From contig JAQGDQ010001502.1 of assembly GCA_030141605.1 (NCBI GenBank), forward strand, positions 1 through 37,754: 37,754 nucleotides of DNA, given 5' to 3'. The translations under genes were made by a program, and so were the position numbers. The stretch is from Tubiluchus corallicola. Lineage: Eukaryota; Animalia; Priapulida. Below the pieces are notes generated by a model, which saw only the letters and a list, made by a program, of their open reading frames with translations, searched no databases and was not told the origin of the DNA. Shown piece after piece: positions 1-11,278 of this stretch (positions are counted from its first letter, which is position 1; each line of letters starts with the position of its first letter).

Positions 1-2130
1 CAGTCTCTAGAGTCTCTAGCTCATTCTCAGAGAGCCTATCCTACAAGCCGCAGACTACAATGTCAAAGTCTATAGAGTCTCTAGTTCATTCTCAGAGAGC
101 CTATCCTACAAGCCGCAGACCACAATGTCAAAGTCTCTAGAGTCTCTAGCTCATTCTCAGAGAGCCTATCCTACAAGCCGCAGACCACAATGTCAAAGTC
201 TCTAGAGTCTCTAGTTCATTCTCAGAGAGCCTATCCTACAAGCCGCAGACCACAATGTCAAAGTCTCTAGAGTCTCTAGCTCATTCTCAGAGAGCAGCCG
301 ATCCTACAAGCCGCAGACCACAATGTCAAGGTCTCTAGAGTCTCTAGCTCATTCTCAGAGAGCCGATCCTACAAGCCGCAGACCACAATGTCAAAGTCTC
401 TAGAGTCTCTAGTTCATTCTCAGAGAGCCTATCCTACAAGCCGCAGACCACAATGTCAAAGTCTATAAAGTCTCTAGTTCATTCTCAGAGAGCCTATCCT
501 ACAAGCCGCAGACCACAATGTCAAAGTCTCTAGAGTCTCTAGTTCATTCTCAGAGAGCCTATCCTACAAGCCGCAGACTACAATGTCAAAGTCTATAAAG
601 TCTCTAGCTCATTCTCAGAGAGCCTATCCTACAAGCCGCAGACTACAATGTCAAAGTCTATAAAGTCTCTAGTTCATTCTCAGAGAGCCTATCCTACAAG
701 CCGCAGACCACAATGTCAAAGTCTCTAGAGTCTCTAGCTCATTCTCAGAGAGCCTATCCTACAAGCCGCAGACCACAATGTCAAAGTCTCTAGAGTCTCT
801 AGCTCATTCTCAGAGAGCCTATCCTACAAGCCGCAGACCACAATGTCAAAGTCTCTAGAGTCTCTAGCTCATTCTCAGAGAGCCTATCCTACAAGCCGCA
901 GACCACAATGTCAAAGTCTCTAGAGTCTCTAGCTCATTCTCAGAGAGCCTATCCTACAAGCCGCAGACCACAATGTCAAAGTCTCTAGAGTCTCTAGCTC
1001 ATTCTCAGAGAGCCTATCCTACAAGCCGCAGACCACAATGTCAAAGTCTCTAGAGTCTCTAGCTCATTCTCAGAGAGCCTATCCTACAAGCCGCAGACTA
1101 CAATGTCAAAGTCTCTAGAGTCTCTAGCTCATTCTCAGAGAGCCTATCCTACAAGCCGCAGACTACAATGTCAAAGTCTATAAAGTCTCTAGTTCATTCT
1201 CAGAGAGCCTATCCTACAAGCCGCAGACCACAATGTCAAAGTCTCTAGAGTCTCTAGCTCATTCTCAGAGAGCCTATCCTACAAGCCGCAGACCACAATG
1301 TCAAAGTCTATAAAGTCTCTAGTTCATTCTCAGAGAGCCTATCCTACAAGCCGCAGACTACAATGTCAAAGTCTATAAAGTTTCTAGTTCATTCTCAGAG
1401 AGCCTATCCTACAAGCCGCAGACTACAATGTCAAAGTCTATAAAGTCTCTAGTTCATTCTCAGAGAGCCTATCCTACAAGCCGCAGACCACAATGTCAAA
1501 GTCTATAAAGTCTCTAGTTCATTCTCAGAGAGCCTATCCTACAAGCCGCAGACTACAATGTCAAAGTCTCTAGAGTCTCTAGCTCATTCTCAGAGAGCCT
1601 ATCCTACAAGCCGCAGACTACAATGTCAAAGTCTATAAAGTCTCTAGTTCATTCTCAGAGAGCCTATCCTACAAGCCGCAGACCACAATGTCAAAGTCTC
1701 TAGAGTCTCTAGCTCATTCTCAGAGAGCCTATCCTACAAGCCGCAGACTACAATGTCAAAGTCTATAAAGTCTCTAGTTCATTCTCAGAGAGCCTATCCT
1801 ACAAGCCGCATACCACAATGTCAAAGTCTCTAGAGTCTCTAGCTCATTCTCAGAGAGCCTATCCTACAAGCCGCAGACCACAATGTCAAAGTCTATAAAG
1901 TCTCTAGTTCATTCTCAGAGAGCCTATCCTACAAGCCGCAGACTACAATGTCAAAGTCTATAAAGTCTCTAGTTCATTCTCAGAGAGCCTATCCTACAAG
2001 CCGCAGACTACAATGTCAAAGTCTATAAAGTCTCTAGTTCATTCTCAGAGAGCCTATCCTACAAGCCGCAGACTACAATGTCAAAGTCTATAAAGTCTCT
2101 AGTTCATTCTCAGAGAGCCTATCCTACAAG
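1..2130. repeat. 65-bp tandem satellite, about 33 copies visible, runs off the left edge; probably intronic in the kinase gene
   Basis: Unit GTCTCTAGAGTCTCTAGCTCATTCTCAGAGAGCCTATCCTACAAGCCGCAGACCACAATGTCAAA recurs at 721, 786, 851 etc.; no unique spacers. Confidence 0.97.
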
Positions 2131-2375
2131 ACTACTATCTGCCTTACTTCACTGTATTGGGAAAACCTGTTTAACATCTAAGTAACTCTACCGACAGGAC
2201 AAAGTTTGAATTGAAATAAAACTTTATGCACTCAGAACTTACATTGTAAATTTGCCTAGCAAATGACTCAAAATTAAATAACTCATTATACAAAACTGCA
2301 AGTGGTTGAAAAAACCACATCATCACAAAAAGTTACTAAAGAAAATAGAAAAAACGGAAAACCTCACTTTGAGGT

Positions 2376-2981
2376 TCTTTATTAAAGGCACTTTATTAAA
2401 TTCACAGCCCCCAATAACTGGAATAAAATAAGTGCCCAAGTAAAAATACACAAAACTATTTATAGTTTCAAAAAAGTACTTGAAAAGGACCATTTTTGAT
2501 TCATACTTATAATACAATTTTAGTGGTTCCATTTCTCATGCAGTCGCAATATGTGGCCTCCAATCAATTATAATGCTATTTTAATATAGCTGTATGTAAA
2601 TTAAACATACACTGTGGTCGTTTCTTCTCCTCTTTTCCTTCTTTCTATCCCTAATCTTACTATTTTTTTCCATTCCATCATTTCTTCTGACCATAACCAT
2701 TCTTTCGTTCACTCATCCTCCCCTTCCTTCCTTCTTCCTATCCCTAATCTTACTATTTTTTTCCATTCCATCATTTCTACTAACACTAACCATTCTTTCA
2801 TTCACTCATTTGTGCCACCTTAACAAGCCAAGCTTTCAAGGTGTCATACAGCAACTCTTTTATTTGGTTAATTTGACTCCATCAACGTTTTTTTACCTAT
2901 ACTGTTTCTTTTTGTTTCTATAATATTGTATGTTGATGTATTGTATATGTATTTCTGGAGTGAAATAAATTGATTGATTCA
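2376..2981 (+). mobile_element. 5'-truncated LINE (L2/CR1/Crack group) 3' end, copy A
   Basis: Encodes FIKFTAPNNWNKISAQVKIHKTIYSFKKYLKRTIFDSYL*, resembling the WN..FK..LK C-terminus of CR1-group ORF2. Followed by a 3' UTR, AATAAA and a (TTGA)n tail; flanked by TTGAGGT at 2369-2375 and 2982-2988 (TSD). Near-identical inverted copy at 7919-8680. Confidence 0.8.
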
Positions 2982-3093
2982 TTGAGGTGTACGAATGCCC
3001 TTTCTTTGTGTAAATGTCTATTTTACGTAAGGTTTTTAGTGAAATCAAAAAGATGAAATTCTTCTATAACATGTTTATAACGCTGTTACATAC

Positions 3094-3204
3094 CTTGGAG
3101 ACAAGATTTCTGGCTTGCGATGAATACACGTTGCTAAGAGAATAATCAAACTCATCAACAAGTTCTGCCATTTTCGTATGATGCTGAACTCCGTAGATGG
3201 GATA
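3094..3204 (-). CDS. RSKR: RSKR/SGK494-like kinase, coding exon 10 (YPIYGVQHHTKMAELVDEFDYSLSNVYSSQARNLVSK); gene continues beyond
   Basis: AAG acceptor, GTATGT donor, 111 nt, phase 0/0; fits kinase subdomains X-XI after LLTGE. Confidence 0.85.
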
Positions 3205-3284
3205 CTTGTATTAATATAAAAATTTTAGCATCAGTTGTTAACACAGCAAAAGTAAATGTTAACATGTTGATATACACATGTTCT

Positions 3285-3540
3285 ACTTAAGTAAACAAGA
3301 AAATAAACAAGTAAGTAAACAACTAAGTAAAGAAGTAAGTAAACAACTAAGAAACAAGTAAACAACTAAGTACACAAGAAAATAAACAAGTAAGCAAACA
3401 ACTAAGTAAACAAGTAAGTAAATAACTAAGTAAACAAGTAAGTAAACAAGCAAGTTAACAACTAAGTAAACAAGTAAGTAAACAACTAAGTAAACAAGTA
3501 AGTAAACAAGCAAGTAAACAACTAAGTAACCAAGTAAGTT
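3285..3540. repeat. Low-complexity repeat of AAGT/AAAC/AACT tetramers
   Basis: Directly visible (AAGTAAACAAGT/AAGTAAACAACT)n. Confidence 0.9.
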
Positions 3541-3685
3541 TATTAAAACCAAACACATTACAGTTAAAAAACTAAATTATTGTACTTACACAAATAGTAT
3601 GAAAATAATTAAAATTAAAAGGCCACAATAATTTGCTAATCAATATTAACTTTCCATGCATCATATACAAAATAGAACAATCAGT

Positions 3686-3960
3686 AACGGGCATTTTCCC
3701 GGACCTATCTCGCGATTTTTTGGGAATTTTAGTCAAACAGCCTGCAGAAAAAACGTTCTAGCAGCGCCTGGTGGGACTCTCGAAAGGAGATATATATAGC
3801 TGTTTAGAAAGAGCAAGAACAGGGCTACGCACTGGTGTGGGCTATATTTTAGTACATGTCCACCAAAAGGAGTACCGACGAGTTAATTAGATGTTCTATT
3901 TTTGGCAATTTTCGCTTAGAAAACTGCTGACACAAAGCCATTGTTCTGACATCATCCATT
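3686..3960 (+). mobile_element. Internal fragment of the non-autonomous Helitron family
   Basis: Aligns by eye to about 36769-37052 and 27110-27265 (TTTAGAAAGAG.AAGAACAGGGCTA, GGCAATTTTCGCTT.GAAAAC, CTGAC.TCATCCATT). Confidence 0.75.
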
Positions 3961-4567
3961 ATATTAACAAATAAAGTTTGTTAGTAAACAAAGCTAGTAA
4001 ATAAAAGTTTGTTAGTAAACAAAGTTACTGACAAAGAAGGATCCTTCGCTTGTCCTGCAGCTTTGTTTACACAAATACACGAATCAGTAAAGCCAGGGAA
4101 GTGAGATAACGACTCAGTAAAAGCTATTCATTGAAATGTTATGATGCGTTTGAGACAGTTGAATGCAGAGTTAAGCAACATTAGGCCTGTTTTGGGATGG
4201 TTTCAACTGCAATACTGCTCCAAGCATTATCTGATTCATGGCACATTCATCTTGTTCCAGAAATGTAAAAGAATCAGAACATGACACAAAATATCTGCTG
4301 GTTTAACAGTGGCTTATTTCGCGTAGTAATCCAAAGTCTGCATTTTACTGCCTATGATGACTGTAAAAATAGTACAGCCACATGCAGACATCTTTAGTTC
4401 ATTGCTAGACTGCTATGTCATTGTGACTCAAATAGAAGCCATTCGTTTAATAAGCTGATTTCTGCAGAGAAATAAGATTAGTTTTCTACTTGTTACACCA
4501 CAAAAGACAATTGTAGGTAAGCTACACACATTACGACACAAGAATTGTCAAGACAAGCATTGTTTAC

Positions 4568-4656
4568 CTCTCCTGTAAGTAGAGCGTACATAAGAACGCC
4601 GACGGACCACCAATCCGACTTGTGATCGTACTTCAATACAGACAAAACTTCTGGAG
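4568..4656 (-). CDS. RSKR: RSKR-like kinase, coding exon 9 (APEVLSVLKYDHKSDWWSVGVLMYALLTGE)
   Basis: APE and DWWSxG motifs; TAG acceptor, GTAAAC donor; 89 nt, phase 1/0. Confidence 0.95.
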
Positions 4657-5089
4657 CTAAAATACAAAACAACACTACAGTAGTCGATGCGTTTACAACT
4701 ATGTAAGTATAACAATTTGTAATCTAACTTGACCGTAAAAAACAATCATATTTTTCAGGCAAGTCTGGGCTTTGATCTTGAGTCTCAGTCGAGGCTCCTT
4801 CATGCCAGAAGTCAAAACCCCAGATGCATATCAATGTGCTAACTTGTGTCTTACATTATTATGCATGACTTTTTGTTTTACGATCGTTTGAGTGTGAAAT
4901 TAAATTGCATGTTATATTATTTCCCCTAAGATCATTGAGTCACTGACAATTTTGTTAGTTTCTGGTCATTTTATTTTCGTTTTCTAGTTAAAAATTAGAA
5001 AATTTTATGTATAGAAAAACACAGGCAAATGAAGTACATAATTTAGAGATTTTTTTTCTTTTTTAATATTACTATAGTACATATATTTA

Positions 5090-5152
5090 CTGTGTGTGTG
5101 TCTGTGTGTGTGTGTGCGTGCGTGTGTGTGTGCGTGCACGTGCGTGTGTGTG
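5090..5152. repeat. (GT)n/(GTGC)n microsatellite
   Basis: Directly visible. Confidence 0.9.
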
Positions 5153-5319
5153 TCAGTCCAGGTGTTACTTCTGCCAATGAGGTTATAAATGTTCGTTTGC
5201 TAACAGGATTATGTAAAAACGACTTAATCATGTTCCGCGGAACTTTGAGGAGGGATGTGAACAGGTAAGAATGCCTTCAATTTTGGTAATGATTGTCATA
5301 ACAACTGCTGACCTTTTAA

Positions 5320-6000
5320 CCCTCATAGGGTCACGATTTTTTACAATTGATTTTGGTAACCGGGGGGGTTAAAAATTACCCCCACCATAATTCGTAAATT
5401 ACTTTTGATAAACCGCCGTGTTTCATTAGTAAACAGCAACAGCATAATTTGTGGTTATGTTGACCACCATAGGATACATTATACCTCTGCTTAAAGACAT
5501 GTGACTTACTAGTAATACGAAATTTAAATTCACTTAGTTACGTTCCCTTTGTATACATTATACCTCTGCTTAAGGACATGTGACTTACTAGTAATACGAA
5601 ATTTAAATTATCTATGCTGGAATAACAGTAGACAACCGACATTGCTAGCGTGCGTGCAAAAATCATTGTTATTTTGAATTTATTGTCTACTACTTTCTTC
5701 TTTTAGGTGGAGTAATTTGAGTAACTGACATTTTGTTTTATCAGATACATTCACCCATATAATGTATAGACAAGCGAAGTAAAATTTCGACAATTTTTAA
5801 AAATTGACATATTGCATTTTCACTTTTATTTCGTGGTGAGACAATGCGCCTAAAATAAATAACTGAAAGTATTTTGTGCACAAAACATATGTAGAAAAAG
5901 TCAGAGAAAAAATGTTTACTGGGATGCGTATGGTAAAAGGGTAAAATGCAAAAAACCGGTCTGGGGGTAATTTTTTTACCCCCCGGTGACCCTATAAGGG
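5320..6000. mobile_element. piggyBac-like MITE
   Basis: TTAA on both sides (5316-5319, 6001-6004); TIR CCCT(C/T)ATAGGGTCAC, 14/15 match; subterminal GGGGG.TAA...TTACCCC motifs at both ends. Confidence 0.85.
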
Positions 6001-6686
6001 TTAACCTAAGTGTTTGTGTTGTTTAGTAAATTATGCTCTACAGGCCTTGGTGGAGGTTTGCACTCTACTGGGTGCCATGTTACTTACATTTACAATATCT
6101 AATAAAGTACATAAACATTTATTTTTGGTTATGCATATTACAGCCAATAACACTTTAAACATACCCAATCTGAATAATTTATACTGTTGTACGAAGAAAA
6201 ACTATATAACAAAAATGTTGTTAATCCTTTCATACCCGTTAGAATATTTTCTGCCTTTAAAATTAATAAAATTTTAAAACTGACAGTTATTTGATCTGTT
6301 AATAGTTATTTTGATTTAAGCCAATAACAATAGACTAAAAATGGTGATAAAATGGCAAACTAGAAAATCTACATAGCATAAAAAACTGCGCAAGGTACAG
6401 TACTTTAGAGACGACTTTGTACAGATCAGCATAGCGTGTATACTAAATGTCTTAAATACTTTAAAAAATTATCAGCAGTTGCAAAATGAAGCACATTTTA
6501 TGCTTCCATTGAATCCCAATTATCCCGTGGGATACAGGCTATATTTAGCACGTGGGCACAGGTAGAAAAAATAATTATTATGTGTAAACAAGATGGACAT
6601 ACTAAACAAAAGTACCAAGCCAAAATATTTTTTCTTATTAAAAAATAATTTGGGACTGAAAGGGTTAACACAATCGATAAAATTAC

Positions 6687-6804
6687 CCATATAGATCAAA
6701 GTTCCACAGATGGTACGTGTGGTTTGACCTTTGTTCAACCATTTTGACAAACCAAAATCAATTAGCTTCAAGTTCCACTGACGATCAAGAAGAATGTTTT
6801 CCAT
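6687..6804 (-). CDS. RSKR: RSKR-like kinase, coding exon 8 ([39 protein letters not shown])
   Basis: DFG and TICGT motifs; CAG acceptor, GTAATT donor; 118 nt, phase 0/1. Confidence 0.95.
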
Positions 6805-7917
6805 CTGCGGAAAAATCGAATTTGATTCACGTTCAAGCTCAAGAAGATTTGCACAAATATTTAATGTCAGTAAAGTAAAGCAGCACAACAAAGTTCATCA
6901 TTGCATAGAAATGTTATTAAAATAAGCAAGTTAAAGGAAAAGCGGATGAGTGTGTAAAATGAGTTCAGAATAAAGAATGCTCTAAAATATTGAAAGCTAT
7001 GATAGCTTATTTTAAATCAAAGCTTAGATTAAATAATTATTACTTTGGATACTCAAGTTTCGTTAAACTTTCAAAGCTACGCACGACTCAGTGAATCTAC
7101 TAAGATTGGCAACGGCGCCTTTTTGTCACATTCGAGTGGCCGATAAATAGAAGGTAGTACCGTGATAAGCATGGTCACGAACTGCTGTGTTAGTTTCATG
7201 ACGTCATATGATGTAGAGCCCATTTTTCGTGACATCACGCGTTTAAGCAGTAATGTAACACTCATGCAAATGTGTTTGACGCGCAAGGGAAGATGCCTGC
7301 CATTGCACAAACTGTGGTCAATTTCTGATGTAAGCAATAGCTGTGTTTGGTTGCTGTTAATTAACTTTCAAAGCTAATTATTCAAATATGAGAAACAATT
7401 GCTAACTTTTATAGGCAACAAAATGTATATTTTGGACAGTTTAAAATGAGATTGAGTCCAAACAATCGTCCAGTCCTCCTCTAAATAGACATGTTAATTT
7501 TTTTGTTTAACAGCCATTTTGAGAGAACAGCAATGGAGACTTTTCACAGTCCTGCCTAATTGTAATAGCATTTAGTGTACAGAAATCTTTTGCTTCAATT
7601 TTAAGATTCTTTATAGTTTAAATTAATACTGATGATGATTTTACATTATTACTAACTTTTATAGGCAATAAAATGTATATTTTGGACAGTAAATTAAAAT
7701 GAGATTGAGTCTAAATAAACGTCCGGTCTTCCTTTAACTAACTCTGCAATTAATCCCTTAAGAAAAAGCAGGCACAAAAAACCAAAAACACAGAGCTTAA
7801 GAAAATCAAATTAAAACAGAACAAGAAAACACAATGCGATGCCAAAGCAGAAATTTGTCAGTTGATCTAATAGCACCTTTTTTAGTGTGACTATGTCTAG
7901 AGTAGCTGTCACTGTTC

Positions 7918-7918
<1 letters not shown>

Positions 7919-8010
<92 letters not shown>

Positions 8011-8680
8011 TTATTTCACTCCAGCAATACATATACAATACATCAACATACAATATTATTGAAACAAAAAGAAACAGTATAGGTAAAAAAACGTTGATGA
8101 AGTCAAATTAACCAAATAAAAGAGTTGCTGTATGACACCTTGAAAGCTTGGCTTGTTAAAGTGGCACAAATGAGTGAATAAAAGAATGGTTAGGGTTAGT
8201 AGACAAGATGGAATGGAAAAAATAGTAAGATTAGGGATAGGAAGAAGGAAGGAAGGATTGGAGGATGAGTGAATGAAAGAATGGTTAGGGTTAGTAGACA
8301 TGATGGAATGGAAAAAATAGTAAGATTAGGGATAGGAAGAAGGAAGGAAGGGGAGGATGAGTGAATGAAAGAATGGTTAGGGTTAGTAGACATGATGGAA
8401 TGGAAAAAATAGTAAGATTAGGGATAGAAAGAAGGAAAAGAGGAGAAGAAACGACCACAGTGTATGTTTAATTTACATAGAGCTATATTAAAATAGCATT
8501 ATAATTGATTGGAGGCCACATATTGCGATTGCATGAGACATGGAAGCATTAAGATTGTATTATAAGTATGAATCAAAAAAGGTTCTTTTCAAGTACTTTT
8601 TGAAACTATAAATAGTTTTGTGTATTTTTACTTGGGCACTTATTTTATTCCAGTTATTGGGGGCTGTGAATTTAATAAAG
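7919..8680 (-). mobile_element. 5'-truncated LINE (L2/CR1/Crack group) 3' end, copy B, with long (TTGA)n tail
   Basis: Reverse complement of 2391-2981 with one extra unit (about 90 bp) of the 3' UTR repeat; (TCAA)n at 7919-8009; GTTCT on both sides (7914-7918, 8681-8685) as TSD. Confidence 0.82.
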
Positions 8681-8688
8681 GTTCTTAC

Positions 8689-8837
8689 CTTAATATCCCT
8701 GTAAATAACGCCAGCATTATGCAAGTAATCTATAGCCAGAGCCAGCTGAGCTATATAAAGTCTGGTGACCCTTTCACTAAAATATCCCTGCCGTTTCCAT
8801 AGTGCGAACATTTCGCCATGTGACAAATATTCAAAAA
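8689..8837 (-). CDS. RSKR: RSKR-like kinase, coding exon 7 (VFEYLSHGEMFALWKRQGYFSERVTRLYIAQLALAIDYLHNAGVIYRDIK)
   Basis: Hinge EY, catalytic loop YRDIK; TAG acceptor, GTAAGA donor; 149 nt, phase 1/0. Confidence 0.95.
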
Positions 8838-8898
8838 CTAAAAGACAAATTACAATATAATAAAAATCATGTTATCAGACTTTCTAGTAAACCAAAGC

Positions 8899-9743
8899 CG
8901 TCCATAAGTCGACATAGTCAAACTACGTTATGATGCTTCAAAGTACAAAGCACCAAAAATGTCAATTTTTTATTTTTTATGACAACAAACGCTAAATATA
9001 TTGGACTTTTATATTCTATAAACAAATTATCAAGAAAATGCTAAAAAAATACTAAAAATCTAATTTTATAACCCCGTGCCCATTTTTCGTGCTTGAAACT
9101 AGTACTGCAATTGCAAAAAACTTGTATTTTCAAACTCCGACTGTAGCTCGTGGCAGCAGCCATTTTGCTTCGGGTTTTTTTCTGTTGCCAAGCCCAGATC
9201 TTTGTCAGGAAGTCATCTATTGGATTTAAACATAACTTCAGTGTGTTCTTGCAAAGTCCGTAGTAACCAACATTTGTGCGGCTTCTAAGTGTTTTGTAGA
9301 GACGCGGCAAAAAACAATGGCTGACTTTAACAGTGATTTTCTCAAGGTTATGTTTTTCACTGCATAGCATGCACCTCAACTTCAATGTGGATTATCTCAT
9401 CTTAGAAATAACACAGAGCAATGAGCTTGGTATCAAAATGATCCGCGTGAAATGGAGATTTATAAGTTATAAGTTTATTTATTTCCACTCTGCATCTAAC
9501 AATTATAATAAAAATACAGATAATTTCACTGAAGTAAATATAAGTATAAATGCAATATTATCCAGAAATTACAAAATGCAGCATATACATGTGCAAATTA
9601 CATTACAGAAAAATTTTGATGCATACAGTTTGAGCCTAAAAGCACAGCTTGACAGGCCAAACTGTACGTGGAAATCTTAAAAAAATTATACATTTAGGTG
9701 TATATGTGAATAACTAGAAAGCTTAACAGACGACTTATGGACG
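8899..9743. mobile_element. Unclassified non-autonomous TIR element
   Basis: Perfect 13-bp inverted repeat CGTCCATAAGTCG ... CGACTTATGGACG; TSD not clear. Confidence 0.55.
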
Positions 9744-10031
9744 ATTTTGCTAGGCAAGCAAACATATTAGTTCAAAAGTGAGAATCTCGCACATATTAAC
9801 TATTAGACAGATGCAATTCTGAATCGAAAAAGCTGCAGAAATAGAAAGAAATTTCATTCTGTTTAACTTGTGAGATCATAATAAACAAATTATAAGTGTG
9901 CATATTAGTCAGTCGTATTAAAACACTTATGACCTTTGCTTCATTTTGATTTCTATTTTCATGGTTATTAAAAAAAGGAGACGTTGTTAAGTCTAAAAAA
10001 CACTAAAAAATTTTTAGACTGTTGCGCCAAA

Positions 10032-11112
10032 TAGGGTTGCCACCACTCCTGACTGTTGCGCCAGACAGGGTTGCCACCACTCCTGACTACTGTGCCTGAC
10101 TATACAAATGCAATAACAAGAAACACTGGGAAAAAATAGATATTAATAATAATGATTATATGATAGCGTGCATATAATAAATGGCAAGAACCAGAAGTAA
10201 AACTTGTTAGGTGCTTGCACCATTATAAACACGTCCAAATAATGAGAAAAAAAGAACAAAAAAAAAACCGAAAGTTTTTAGGCAATTTAAAAAAAGAGTT
10301 GTGCAAAGTAAGGATAGAAGTGATGGATAAAAGAATGTTCAAAAGGGTAGGAAAAGTGGCTTGTGGAGAATCGGCTCATGAGATGACGAAGCACTCTGGA
10401 TTCTACTGAAAAAGAACACAAAGCTGTGTGTCACACAGGAATGGTAAATTAAGTTTAAACGGTTACATGGCTTCACCATTTAACGCCACCTACATTTTCG
10501 TCAACTTTTGCTGCAGCAGCATGCAATGCAAAAATTCTCTCAGTTTAGCTTTAATTTACGCAATTTAAACTGCCTCCAGGAATCTCAAAAACACAAGAAA
10601 TGTATTGAAACTGGGAAGGAACAAAAGTTGATTAACCCTGCTTGCACTGCTGTAAGTTATAGAACTCTTAGGACATTTTTAGAGTTTAAAATCCAGAAAT
10701 TTGCAATACTTTGAGGTTTAAAGTTCTTGACTTTTGTTTCAGGGAAGAGCTTCATGAAACGTCTACAATACAGGAAACGCTTTTGCTTTGTAGGCCCTGA
10801 CCCCATAGCTCACTCTCGACTCCTGATTTCAGTTTGTGGCCATTTGGCAACCCTAGTGACAGATGCATCACTGTGACCAGGTGGCAACCCTAGTGACAGA
10901 TGCATTATTGTGACCAGGTGGCAACCCTAGTGACAGATGCATTATTGTGACCAGGTGGCAACCCTAGTGACAGATGCATTATTGACCAGGTGGCAACCCT
11001 AGTGACAGATGCATCATTGTGACCAGGTGGCAACCCTAGTGACAGATGCATTATTGTGACCAGGTGGCAACCCTAGTGACAGATGCATTATTGTGACCAG
11101 GTGGCAACCCTA
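10032..11112. mobile_element. hAT-like MITE with tandemly amplified ends
   Basis: TIR TAGGGTTGCCACC ... GGTGGCAACCCTA; left end duplicated (34-bp unit at 10017 and 10051); right end present 8 times; imperfect 8-bp flanks GCGCCAAA/GTGCCATT. Confidence 0.7.
10845..11112. repeat. 37-bp minisatellite containing the hAT-like TIR
   Basis: Unit TGGCAACCCTAGTGACAGATGCATTATTGTGACCAGG at 10845, 10882, 10919 etc. Confidence 0.95.
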
Positions 11113-11278
11113 GTGCCATTATTGTTAAAAGTAGCAAGGAATTTTGTCAGAAAGTTACGCAGGATATTAACTGTTAACCGGTTGATTGTTAAACATTTTC
11201 AAATTAAACAGGCAAATCAAACATATTTTTGGAATGGTCTGATAAGGTACTACTAAGCGAACATTTGTTGTCAAAAGA

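Noticed and set aside
1-2130. CRISPR-like appearance of this and the other tandem arrays
   Set aside because: No unique spacers, no cas genes, eukaryotic spliced-gene context
2131-3093. Final kinase exon
   Set aside because: No LL..P..R-type subdomain XI continuation with splice sites found; probably outside the window
7402-7720. Short local duplications here and at about 32157-32248 and 5473-5608
   Set aside because: Ordinary two-copy duplications with no further structure
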